Assembly (NCBI RefSeq): GCF_001194135.2
Contig: NC_068988.1
Span: forward strand, 59,348,993-59,412,992
From: Octopus bimaculoides
Taxonomy: Eukaryota
Direction of reading: 5' to 3'
DNA: 64,000 nt
Below, in pieces: positions 27,002-39,315 of this stretch (positions are counted from its first letter, which is position 1; each line of letters starts with the position of its first letter). The notes under the pieces were generated by a model. That model saw nothing but the letters and a program-made list of their open reading frames with translations, ran no database searches and had not been told where the DNA came from. The position numbers and the translations under genes were made by a program.

Positions 27002-27172
27002 GGTATTTCGTCTATCTTTACGTCCTGAGTTCAAATTCCGCCGAGGTTGATGTTCCTTTTCATCCTTTCGGGGTCGATAAATTCAGTACCAGTTGCGTAC
27101 TAGGTAGATCTAACCGACTGGCCCCTCCCCCAAAATTTCGGGCCTTGTATCTAGAGTAGAAAAGATTATTAT
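27002..27172 (+). mobile_element. SINE, headless, tail type 2, fused directly to the preceding SINE
   Basis: Repeats the B-box and core (gagttcaaattccgccgagg), then a different tail ggcccctcccccaaaatttcgggccttg..agaaaagattatt. Confidence 0.88.
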
Positions 27173-27766
27173 TTCTCTGAAAAGGGTGGCAGACATTTAA
27201 CATGCATAACAAAATGCTTAGTGATATTGTTTCTAGTTCTAATTTCTGTACAAACTGGGTCATCTTTGTATTTCATCTTTTCAGAAATGATAAAATAAAG
27301 CACCATTAACGTACCAGTGCCGCAGTAAAAGACTACTCGGCAACCCAATTAATTCACGGGAATTCTCCAACTGAGAAAAACGACAAGAAACTGCTGGAAT
27401 AGATATATCCTGCGGCAGTTTAATAATAACGGTCTTTTATATTAATGATGCAGAAGAATGAAAGGCACATTTGAACTCAGGTTTAAGACCAAAGCTTGAA
27501 GTAGTGAATCAACTACTCCCCGAAATCTATTATTGCATATTGTAACATTTCTGCCAATTTATCGTATATTCTATGTATATACCTCGAGAAAAGACACAAT
27601 AGAAATTCCATGCTGAGACATGAGTGAATAGCTATCAAAGTAAGGTTACGAGGCCAGCTAAATGATTGTCAGAAAATTTACATTACATTATTTACCATTG
27701 TGCAACGAATGTCTTACAATTCCTGATTTACTGAACCTACATTTATAGAAGCAAAGGACAAGAAAT

Positions 27767-27831
<65 letters not shown>

Positions 27832-27900
27832 TGTGGTGGTGGTGGTGGGTTGTTTCTCCGTGGTGGTGAAGGTGGTGTCGGTGGTGGTGTTGGTGGTATT
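27767..27900. repeat. (AGT)n microsatellite grading into (GGT)-rich repeat
   Basis: Direct reading. Confidence 0.9.
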
Positions 27901-28215
27901 ATTGGTCGTAGCGGTAGCGGTGCTGCTTTTTTTCCTGTAATAGTTATCTTACGACACATCAGAGCGAGCGTTGAATTTCTGTCCAAGGTAATTAAGAAGC
28001 AAAAGGCCATAACAAGAACAGTCAGATTATGTAAAATTTATTGCCATATTTATATTTAAAAGGATTAGAAATTTGAATTACAAACATCTCACACGCCACT
28101 GTTGCAGCTGATTTTGTTGTCTACGACGCTACCTAGACCATGCACGTATCATCTAAGCCCAAGCTAGAGTCTAGATTCATTCTTCCACTCAAACCGTCAG
28201 TTCTGCAAAGTGCAA

Positions 28216-29422
28216 TGCAAAGTGGTATCAAAAGTTTTCCGGACTAGTTATGTTTAATAAAAACAATAGCTTATTTACAAAAGGCGTTTTCCGTAAGCGA
28301 GTCACCTAGGCTAGCGGCAACGTTGTTAAAATGATGGCCCTTAAGTCGTTTTCGTCTTGAGGAAGAGATAGAAATCCACGGATGATAAATCTTGTGAGGA
28401 GGGCGAGTACAGAATCAAAACGATGTTGTTTTTTTAGCGAGAAACTGACGATGAGGAGACCACGAATGTCAGGACACATTATCATTGTAAAGAATCCAAT
28501 TCTTCGTGCTCCACAGATCCGATCAATTTCACCAAATGTCCTTTCTCAAACACCTCAAATCGTCGCAGTAGAAACCTGGTGTGATGGTCAGGCCCTAGGT
28601 GACGAAATCTCGTTACATAATACTGTGGGTATCGAAAATAACGAAGAGCATGCTTTTGAATGAGTTGCAGCTCTATCGTGGTTTTCTTCAGTTGTGGATA
28701 TGAAGGGATCTTCTATTGTGACGACTTCTACTTTGTCTTTGGCTTGTACTTTGAGACCTAACTCTCGTCAAATTTGATGATCTTTGGCATTAAGTATGTG
28801 TCATGAGTGCCACGCTATCAGAGATACTGACAGACTTCGGTGGGATTTCCTTTCTGCTCAGTGGTCTGCAGGCGGAGACAGTCATGGCAGAGACGCATTG
28901 CGTGCTCAATTTTAACGTTAGGATTGCCTGCACGAATCCATACGACAGACCAAGAACACAAGAAATATCGATGATTGTCCCCCGACGATCGTCATGCACA
29001 TGCTGAAGAATGTTCTCCACATTTCTAGTGGTGACGCTCGTAGCAGGTCTTCAGAGTCATTCATCGTTTTCTAGGCTTTTCAAGTAACCGTCCCCATCGA
29101 AATACTACGTAGGACTCATTTCCTCGTCGCCGTAAGCTTGCTGAAGAATATGCAGCGTCTCTATAGCAGACGTCCCAAGTTTAAGCCAAAATTTTAGGTT
29201 GGCTCTTTGTTCGAACTTCCTGTCCATGACAAAATCGCAGACCACAGTATACACTTGATCACAAAGAGACAAATTTCACAATTGTTTCAGTAAGCACAGC
29301 GATGGCACTGGGAATACGGCCTCATGAAGGGCACTACTAAGTCACATTACGCAGGAAACCATTTGCTGCCTTCTGATGGCATACTACGGAACTAGTCTGT
29401 GATTTTTTAATACAACCTTGTA
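28216..29422 (-). mobile_element. Mariner transposon, decayed, both TIRs present
   Basis: Imperfect TIRs at 28216-28249 and 29390-29422. Minus frame from ATG at 29227: MDRKFEQRANLKFWLKLG..QQAYGDE..RPATSVT..DRRGTII; later FDES, WILYNDN and LYSPS (decayed GDE, HDNA and YSPDL motifs). Confidence 0.9.
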
Positions 29423-29952
29423 CGGAATATCGTGCGTAAGAAGGCGCGCAGTACTTCGAATGCTTTCATCTAGCCTCAGAAAATTCCTTTTATATAACTC
29501 GTTTATATCTTTAAAAAACATACTATGGGTATTTAATACAAGAAATAAAAATGAAGTGTCAATGTCTTCAGCAACTTCTGGCATAGATGTTTTTGTTAAG
29601 AATTAGGTCCGCATCGATTGCACGAATATCTCTGCCATTTCTAATATACTTCATTTTGAAGGGACGATTGCATTTTATGTAGCATGGTTTGCCATGATAT
29701 TCAACCTGAATGCCGAAACATATAGGTAGTACTCTTTAGAAGGATGACAAACATTTCTATACTTATGGAAAGTAAAATAGCCTTGAAAACAAACAGGTGT
29801 CTTCATTGTAAAAAGATGTTGTGTGTGAATGGGTGCGGATTTGCGTGTGTGAGCGTGTGTCTGTGTGTGTATGTGTGTATGTGTGATTGTGTGTCTGTGT
29901 TTGTAGCGGTTTCATGTGTTGATATTATTCTTTCATTTGTAGAACTGTTTAC

Positions 29953-30061
29953 CTCGAAATGGCTAACCATTCCGCAACGCTATAGTCGTTAAGAAAAAAT
30001 GTCAACTTAATTTAAACGATGATATCTTACTGAAGCAGTGGCAGTTTTATACTCAGGTAAT
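29953..30061 (-). other. Candidate 109-nt exon, copy 1 (short frame LPEYKTATASVRYHRLN-stop)
   Basis: On the minus strand: T-tract, then gactag|ATTACC...TTCGAG|gtaaac. Same length and boundaries as the paralogous copy at 34195-34303. Confidence 0.35.
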
Positions 30062-31844
30062 CTAGTCAGCGCAAAAGAAAAAAAAAACATTAAAAAGAAA
30101 TGAAATAAGTCTCTTAAGAAAATTCTGACTTGCAATGGCATGCATGCATTGATTATAATGGAAATGGCTAGATGCTATATTACTACTAGCTGCGTAGTAG
30201 CGTTGAACACATCTGCGCACCCGTTCAACCTGTTAGATTAATCTTCCACGTATTCTTCACGTCGCTATTCCTTTTTTCAAAAACGAAGGTTACATCGTAT
30301 AATGTTAACCTATATATTCCTTAAAAAATACGATTGTCACACATGGAATAATGCTTATTATAGTATTCTTTAGTTTGGGAAACAGCGATTGAGAAATAAA
30401 AAAAAAAAAGATATTCATATACTTGGGGTATTAAAAAAAACATTCTATGAGATAATGCTCAGTTACCCACTTCACTGTAAAGTAATTCAAGACACCGTAA
30501 AGATCTTCTAATTGGCATCTACTTCACTATATATATATTCAATAACAGAAACTGCCTAGTATTATACGTTTAAAACAAATAGAAGAGAAAAAGCGTAGGA
30601 TAAGAATCAGAAGATTTAGGCGGAGGATCACACATATTGGCTGTTTTTTCAGAGAGGCGGTTGTGCTATTGCTTTCAAACAGCTGTGTGGTATCAAATGC
30701 GATTGGTGTGGAACGTGTAACGATCAGTAAACATTTATTATTATTCAGAAAGACTGTTTGATTTCTATTTTCCTTTCTTTCATATTTATTCCATCTTTCC
30801 TGTTTAGGTTAGTGTAATTGTTCATTGTAATTTTTTTTCTGCGAGAAGACATGCGTGTGTCTGAGTGTGTATAGTTTTCTGTACTTGAGTATGGATACAT
30901 NNNNNNNNNNNNNNNNNNNNNNNNNNNNNNNNNNNNNNNNNNNNNNNNNNNNNNNNNNNNNNNNNNNNNNNNNNNNNNNNNNNNNNNNNNNNNNNNNNNN
31001 NNNNNNNNNNNNNNNNNNNNNNNNNNNNNNNNNNNNNNNNNNNNNNNNNNNNNNNNNNNNNNNNNNNNNNNNNNNNNNNNNNNNNNNNNNNNNNNNNNNN
31101 NNNNNNNNNNNNNNNNNNNNNNNNNNNNNNNNNNNNNNNNNNNNNNNNNNNNNNNNNNNNNNNNNNNNNNNNNNNNNNNNNNNNNNNNNNNNNNNNNNNN
31201 NNNNNNNNNNNNNNNNNNNNNNNNNNNNNNNNNNNNNNNNNNNNNNNNNNNNNNNNNNNNNNNNNNNNNNNNNNNNNNNNNNNNNNNNNNNNNNNNNNNN
31301 NNNNNNNNNNNNNNNNNNNNNNNNNNNNNNNNNNNNNNNNNNNNNNNNNNNNNNNNNNNNNNNNNNNNNNNNNNNNNNNNNNNNNNNNNNNNNNNNNNNN
31401 NNNNNNNNNNNNNNNNNNNNNNNNNNNNNNNNNNNNNNNNNNNNNNNNNNNNNNNNNNNNNNNNNNNNNNNNNNNNNNNNNNNNNNNNNNNNNNNNNNNN
31501 NNNNNNNNNNNNNNNNNNNNNNNNNNNNNNNNNNNNNNNNNNNNNNNNNNNNNNNNNNNNNNNNNNNNNNNNNNNNNNNNNNNNNNNNNNNNNNNNNNNN
31601 NNNNNNNNNNNNNNNNNNNNNNNNNNNNNNNNNNNNNNNNNNNNNNNNNNNNNNNNNNNNNNNNNNNNNNTTTATTCCAAAAGAAAAGAAAAGGGAGTAT
31701 TATAAGAATACATACATATGCAAAATCTATGGGCTACGCAAATATATATTAGTAATACATAAAAGAGTAAATGATTAAAATATCAGTTCCATACGGCCGT
31801 TTCTGCCCAGAGGCCACGATATCCTACTTGCTATCTTCACTCTT

Positions 31845-32134
31845 TTCCGTAGGCTTTTCCTTCCACGGCTAAACCTAAACTGTCCTCCCCTCTTTTTACA
31901 CGAGAACATTACTGTGTGATACACGATCCCTATTGATCGGCCTTTCCTTTTCTTTTTTTTCGCTCCCTTTTGATCGAACTGCCCCTTTTCCCTTCCTACG
32001 ATCCCTTTTGATCGACACCACCAATTTTTTTTTTTTTCTTTTTTTTTTCCTTCCTTTCCCCCTTCCAAAAAGAAAAGCTCTACATTGTATTTGTCCCATC
32101 TTCGTTGAGCCCTGTGTGGCTAATAAAAGAAATG
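31845..32134 (+). mobile_element. Retroposon (SINE-like) insertion with 13-bp target-site duplication
   Basis: tatcttcactctt at 31832-31844 and 32135-32147. The 3' end tttgtccc..gagccctgtgtggctaataaaagaaat resembles SINE tail type 1. Confidence 0.75.
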
Positions 32135-32520
32135 TATCTTCACTCTTCAGTGTTCTGTATTGATGGTTAGATAGAGTTTGGATGTTGAGTGTGCCTCTAG
32201 GCTTCATCAGCGGTTGTAAACGGTTAGGAGAGCCGATACATACAAGATTGAATTGCTAATATTCATGTTATTTTGTCCAGTGTATCTTGGAAGGCAACAC
32301 TTGAAGTCTGTGACAAATTTCCCTTTCCTATACCTAATAAATTTTCCACACTATTTCTCCTCTCACACTCTAAGTCTTGCTATTATTCTTCTTATGTTCT
32401 CTTCATCAAGAAACCTTTACTGTTCCTGTTAGTAACTGACCATGTATGTATCGGCTCTCTTAACCATTTAGACCCCCCGATGAAGCCTAGAGGCACACTC
32501 AACATCCAGACTCTACAAAA

Positions 32521-32574
32521 CACTGAAGCTAGCAAGGAGGATATCGTGGCCTCTTGGCAGAAACGGCCGTAAGG
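32521..32574 (+). ncRNA. Degenerate type-I hammerhead motif
   Basis: CUGAAGc (A9 changed), helix II caag(g)agg/ccucuug, GAAA, palindrome ACGGCCGU, GUA site. An inverted paralog lies at ~31787-31843, with its CUGAAGA displaced to 32144-32150. Confidence 0.6.
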
Positions 32575-34194
32575 AACTGATTTTTTAATCTTTTACTCTT
32601 TTATGTATTACTAATATATATTTGTGTAGCACACAGTCTTTGCATATGTATGTATTCTTATAATATACCCTTTTCTATGGGAATAAATAGACATAATAGA
32701 ATGTCTACTGGCTGATGTATGTCATTTTTGTATCCACTCCATTTTCTTTTTGCCGTATAAATTAAAGGTACACCACTATTTACCCCCGCCCATATATGAC
32801 ACTTGAATGCGAAATTGCCATGCAATAACCAGCACTTGGGTATTAATAATTGGGCACAGTACCAGCAGTATATTGGACAGGTGCTATCCCTTAGTTAGTT
32901 GGCTTCCCTTCTTCTAACTCTCACATAAATATATATATAGAATTAGAATAGAGGATGTATTAACCTCTTAAAGGGATGATTACATCCAAGAAACTACTGG
33001 TTCTTTACCTTATATCTTTGGGAAATAAAATTTCCCTAATCGGTATGTATATATTAAGTATAAATTAAGAGGAGAAAATGGAGAAATGGTGGTTAATATT
33101 TTTTAAATAATAAATTGATAATTTCAGTGGAAAAATTGATAATCATTTCTTCCTAAAACCTTTTCCATTTCTACTCATTGCATAAGTTACAAATTTGTGC
33201 ATTAAATTTGCATTTATAAGTTATTTACAGTTATTATAAATTATTTGCAGTTTATTCCCCGAAAGAGAAAATTTCAATATATATGCATCATTACTTCCTA
33301 AAATGTGCCTCTAAACGTATGCTACGTACCTGTCAAATCTATTCCTATGTGAATGTATAATTCACGAGAAATTCACCAAAGAAATAACAGCATTAGCATT
33401 ACATTCATGCATACTTACTAACGTAAATGCAGACACACATACACGTATACATACAAACACACAAACATATAAGTACGTAGTTAAAGTGAATCTTCACCAC
33501 TTTACATGATGAAACTATACCTCACTATAATGAGTGTGTTTTTGCGTGTTCTTTCGTTTGGAGAATTAGAAGTCAAACCAGCCCTTAATGTATTTTAAAT
33601 GTTAGAATACATTCGACGATGTGTGCGTAGATATAAAGAAAGTGATAATGGTCGCGTGTGGAATGCTTTCTTTCATAGGACCGCTCGACTAGGATTGACT
33701 TTTGTCTAATCAATAATTAGGAATTCAAGTACACGCAAACGAACAAATCTCAACTATTTTACATTATTGTCTATTGCTTTTAATGACCAGTACTAGTTCG
33801 TTCTGTCTTGTCTGTATATAACTTTTTATCAGCCATGTCGGAGAAACTTTTACATAGAGACCACGTTTATATGATGAACATATAAAATAAGCCTAAATAA
33901 CGTTAACTTTGGTGAAACAATACCTTATGTGTGCGTGTGCGTGTGTGAGTCTGTGAGTGCATGGGTGCGTATTTGCGTGTGTGTATGTGTGTATGTGTGA
34001 TTATGTGTGTGTGAGTGTGTGTGAGTGCATGAGTGCGTATTTGCGTGTGTGCGCGTGTGTGTGAGTGTGTGTGTGTGTATGTGTGTATGAGTGATTGTGT
34101 GTGTGTGTGTTTTCTGACTATGAGTGATTGTGTGTGTGTGTGTGTCTGTAGAGGTTTCATGGGTTGATATTCTTTCATTCGTTGAACTGTTTAC

Positions 34195-34303
34195 CTCGAA
34201 ATGACTGACCCTTCAGCAACCCTAATTTCATTTAGAACAATTGTCAACTTATTTTAAACGACCGTATCTTGCCGAAGCAGTGGAAGTTGTATACTCAGGT
34301 AAT
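34195..34303 (-). other. Candidate 109-nt exon, copy 2 (short frame LPEYTTSTASARYGRLK-stop)
   Basis: On the minus strand: long poly-T, then gactag|ATTACC...TTCGAG|gtaaac. Paralog of 29953-30061. Confidence 0.35.
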
Positions 34304-34319
34304 CTAGTCAGCACAAAAG

Positions 34320-34352
<33 letters not shown>

Positions 34353-37300
34353 CAAAATGAAATAAGTCGCTTCAGAAAATTCTGACTTGCAATGGCATGC
34401 ATGCATTGATTATAATGGAAATGGCTAGGTGCTATATTTCTACTCGCTGCGTAGTAGCGTAGAATACGTATGGGACATTGAGGAAGACAAGGAAATTAAT
34501 CACAATACGTCAGTATCAGTTAACGAAGTGATATTACAAAACTTTGAAGTCTTATACTGAATAATTCAAAATTGTTCTGACAGCGAAAAGAATTTGGTAG
34601 TTTTCTATGAGTGTGTTGTGTTTACCTTTATATATTTTGTAGGGAAATTTTCGGAAAAGTGAAAATATTATTTGATGTTGTTTGTGAATAATTTTCACAT
34701 AACAGTGAACTGTTTACAAAGCATTCAGTGTTCTGAGACAAATTACCCATTGTGTTATAAATATACATGGGTTTCTTTGGTTATTGGTTCGTTTGTGTTA
34801 ATGACATTGCTGCACTTGCTGACATAGCGATACTTCATTTTGTGGACCTTCTTTTAACGGTGGCTGCTTATCAAAGGGAAATGTTATAATTGTGGAAATT
34901 CTAGTATCTGAAGTCTATTTAAACAGCATACATCACCAAATGTTATACGAGTGGGAATGAAGGGCATTAAAACCTGGTTTGTCGATCAAAGGAAAAATAG
35001 AACCAAATGCACGGCGTTTCTACCTTATCTAATTAATTGGAGGTGTCAGCTTCCACACGGTCAAATGAACATGTATCAGAAATCGTAAGACAAAAATAGA
35101 TTAAGTAGACTGTGCCCAAAATAATGTATACGAGTAGGAACGCTGTGTGCATTATGACTGTCAGTTTTAAGTTTTAAGAAGCATGTGCTCTCCTACAAAT
35201 GATTCATTAAAAAGTAGTATTCCTTAAGGGAGATAGATGGCACGTAAGCGTACATAAGTCAATGACACATAAATACGGAAAGAAGAAACAATAGTCTCAT
35301 AAAGTAATAGAGAAAATGTGAAACAGCACATAGCAATCTCTTCGTCATTAAAATACGAGAAAGCATCAACCTAGGCGATCAGTCCACTACAATAATCAAT
35401 GAAATAACTCTTTGATCAAAATTATTATATGGTAAACATAACAAAAGAATACAGTGGCTATTATGAACCTGTTGGAAGCCTGATGCACGAACTCCTCTGA
35501 TCAACTTCCGTTCCAGTCACTTTTGGATGGTTATTGAGTTTGAAACAAAATTTACTTCAGGCAAATTTCCACCATCTATAGCCCAGCTACGAAGGAGCTC
35601 AGCATCCTCTAAATCACTATCTATCAGCTGCTTATAAACAACTGAGATGTCTTTTTATAAATCTTCCATCATATCCTGAGAGGTTACTCTACACTTGTCG
35701 TCACATATCTTCAAACTATACGATATTTAATTCGCTATCTGCGGGATCATCTTATAAATAAATATGTATATATTCGCCTATCATAACACTGAAAGGGGGA
35801 AATGTTTAGGTTGGCGCCTTTGTTGTGAACAACATCTCTTTGGTTTGTATTAAACTGTTAACCTTAAAATAGCAGACCTAGTAATAATATGTTATTGCAA
35901 CCATATACTACAGCAGCACACTATTATAATAACTTGATTAGCATGGGGCATACACTCGAAGCCAAATACACTGTTTCGCAGTCTACATGAAATTTGTGGT
36001 ATTGATATTATTTTCGTTGCTGTATCAATGTTTCTCACTTTTACTATCTCATCTTTACAATTTGACCAGTCAGTTTGTGATTATTACAGTTTATATCAAG
36101 CTATAAAAACCATTGATGCTTGTAATGATTTTTCTGACATTATATTCAACTTTTACTATTACACTCGGTCAGATGTAAATGTTACGACAGAAATTTTTAT
36201 CGCTTGTAATATACACGGTGTGGCACCTAATTACGGTTTTAAACGTTGTAAGTTTAACTTTTACGGAGATCGACATTACCTGTGAGTTATTCAGTTACGA
36301 GGAAGTGAAATACTATGGTTTCCTGTAAAGAAAATGTGCTATTTATTTACAACCAATATGCTCTGCGATCAAACCCAACCGAATTCAACATAGTGTTTCC
36401 AGTTTCAAAAGTGGATAATATAATTCAACATATTAATATTGACATCATTGATTATGTCATTTATTAAAAATTGTGGCCTTCTGCCGGATGAGGGAAATCA
36501 TTATTGCCTTTTATTTTAGATACACATACACTATAGTAAAATCTTTATCATTTCTAATGTAGTCCTTTTATGGAAATGACCGATTTCTAATAATAATTCC
36601 AGGATCGAAACTATGAGGATTCACTATTTAGTGAGAAAACATTCTCACCAAACACGTATTCTAGAGTATTTACAAGTAATCGTTTTTTATTTTCCGAAAG
36701 CAGTCGATAAACAAGTAAAAATATTGGTTGTCAATTCCTGTTTTATAATTTGGCAACCAATCGCAGTTATAAACTATCATTTTAACTATAGTATCAAACA
36801 TTTGTGAAAGTAATAAACACTGTGTATCTTTTGCATTTATTTGTGAATATATGGTTATATTAATTCGTGTGTTTGTGTAGTTTTAGATCTTTCCTGAACG
36901 ATCAAACCAATTGAGCTTTATGGCCCATAAATGAAATAAACTATTCCAAATTTGAATCGGTTCCTAGTTCCTTGAGAAATTGGGGTTTTTGTACGATCCG
37001 TTCTATAAAGCGTTATAATTAAAACTACCAAATCCGTCAGATGGAGCATATTCTATTTAGTTAATGCTCCGTTTGACTCTATAACCTGACATCTTAGCAA
37101 TTTACGCTCTCTTTTAATCTATAGGGTAGGTCCGTCACCTTGGTATATCTTATTTTTGTCTCCCATCATATCTTAGAACGTAACACTTTATGAACTTTGC
37201 GACTCTTTTCATTAGTCCTTGATCTCTTTTCCTATTACTCATTATGTCTCTGATTATTTATTCGCTATCGATGTAATTTGAGAGATAGTTGATTTCTACT

Positions 37301-38139
37301 TCGAGGAAAGTATGCAACATCACATTTTCTTTTAGAAAACGCATCTGTGAAATACTATCGAAATAATTCTGTAATATACATATATAATATAAACGGGTAC
37401 AACTGGCAAAGTAACGTTCATACTTTGCATAACTTTAGAAGTTGGAGACAAAGCAGAAACATTGTAGACATCGAATCAAATATATTGCCCAAAACTATTA
37501 AGTGATCCCTGAAATGTGCAAAGAAGAAAAGCAACGTTCAATTAATGGGACTTGGATTTTGAATGGAAATGTCAGTGAAAATATATTGTGAAATATTTTG
37601 TCTCAATAAACATCGTATCTGTCAATCTGGCATTAATTGATGCATTTAGTAATTTATAAGATAATAAGTTCACTGATGAGTAGACATCCCTTTCAATCAA
37701 ATCAAATAGTTTGAAAGTATGAACCTATAATAGGAATGAGAAATACATGATAAGAATATTTTACAGCTTCTACTTATTAGGAGAAAATGAATTTCATGAA
37801 GAATAATTCCATAACATTTCACTATGAATGACAACGTAAATCATTTATTATGATTTGAAAGTAAAATTTCTCATTAAAATTAAAATGTCAACACTGATAT
37901 ATCTAGTGATTATCAAAATTGTAATGTATAGCGGATAGTTCATCACGCTTCATTGGAAGGTGATAAGTAAGAATGATATATGGTGTATAAGTGCTACTGG
38001 GAGAAGCTGATCTAAAAATTTACATATGCTAGAACGAACAGCCAACTTTATCTGAAACAACATATTTTTTATTAAACCATGTAGATATATTAGATTGTGT
38101 ATTTGGTTACCCCATAAATAATGCAGTTTTCTCAATTAG

Positions 38140-38730
38140 AGGGATGCGGGATACAATAACTGCATCAGCTTGCTATAAAAATAGATGGTAATTTTACTTT
38201 GTCCTCATTCTGAGTGCAAGTAAAAAAGAGTGCAGTTCGATTTTAACAGTTATTTTTTTCAAAGGTATAATGAAAGTGACAAAAAAAAGAAAACATATTC
38301 GGCATATTTTGCTTTATAGGTTGAATAAAATCAACAAAACAACGGAAATTGCGAAGAATATTCATGAAGTATATGGGGATCAAACAAAAAGCGTAATCCA
38401 GTGTCAAGGGTGGTTCCAGAAATTCCGGGCCGAAAACTACAGCCTAGGAAACGAGCCTTATCCTGGGATATCTGTAGAGCCCAACGGAAACGTCCGGCAA
38501 ACACTGCTGGAAGAAACTCCCTTCGTAACTGTTGAGGAACAAGGAGAGTAGCTTGGATTTGGTCATTCAAACATTCATCAACACCTGTGTGTCATCAGAA
38601 AAATCAGAAAATTAGGTCAATGGGTTCCTCACAAATTTTCAGAGTCTAATCGCCGCATAAAGTGAATGTGCTCTCATTGCTGTTAGGTCTCACGAATGAA
38701 CTAGTTTTGGACCGAATAGTGACTATTCGT
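38140..38730 (+). mobile_element. Mariner transposon 5' half, truncated
   Basis: ORF 38270: KHIRHILLY..VYGDQT..CQGWFQKFRAENYSL.NEP..G, then GQWVPHK and FLDRIVT-like sequence, which ends before the DD34D domain. Confidence 0.88.
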
Positions 38731-39135
38731 CTGTATATTTAGAATAATACAACAAGCTAAAGAACTAAAATTTAAAACCATAGAGAACATTAATAGACTG
38801 TTGATTAACAGCCCAGTCAAGATGGTAAATTCTTCATCTCCTACTCTTGTATTTGCACACATTTACTAACTGACTTTCTGAAATGAATTTCCATTATGCA
38901 GCTGAGGAGTACATTTTCATTGCACATCTTATGTGGTGTTCTCACTACATAAATAAATGGAGTTTGTACGAAATGTACGTACTGCTATAACCTAATACAT
39001 TTTTGTTGTTTTTCTTCAAATTTTATTCACCAAATCTCTTGGTTTTGTTTTTGGTTTTTACCCTAGCAAATTCTGGTGCCACATACATTTTAAGTACCAC
39101 ACTTAATCTTTTGATTAAATCTGTATTATTATATT

Positions 39136-39137
<2 letters not shown>

Positions 39138-39228
<91 letters not shown>

Positions 39229-39240
39229 ATATATATATAC
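39138..39240. repeat. (AT)n/(GT)n microsatellite
   Basis: Direct reading. Confidence 0.95.
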
Positions 39241-39315
39241 CCATGCATACATACATAAGCATACATTACTATTTGTAAATCTCTCGACGAGGGGCATTCA
39301 GTACCAATACTCCAG

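Larger units (their letters stand above)
31671..32687. mobile_element. Inverted-repeat structure typical of a PLE pseudo-LTR inversion
   Basis: 31671-31844 plus ~32148-32245 is the reverse complement of ~32440-32687. The left arm is interrupted by a SINE and runs into an N gap. Confidence 0.75.

Noticed and set aside
35470-35750. Mostly open acidic minus-strand frame (KDISVVYKQLIDSDLEDAELLRSW...)
   Set aside because: Only 44 codons between stops and no recognisable family.
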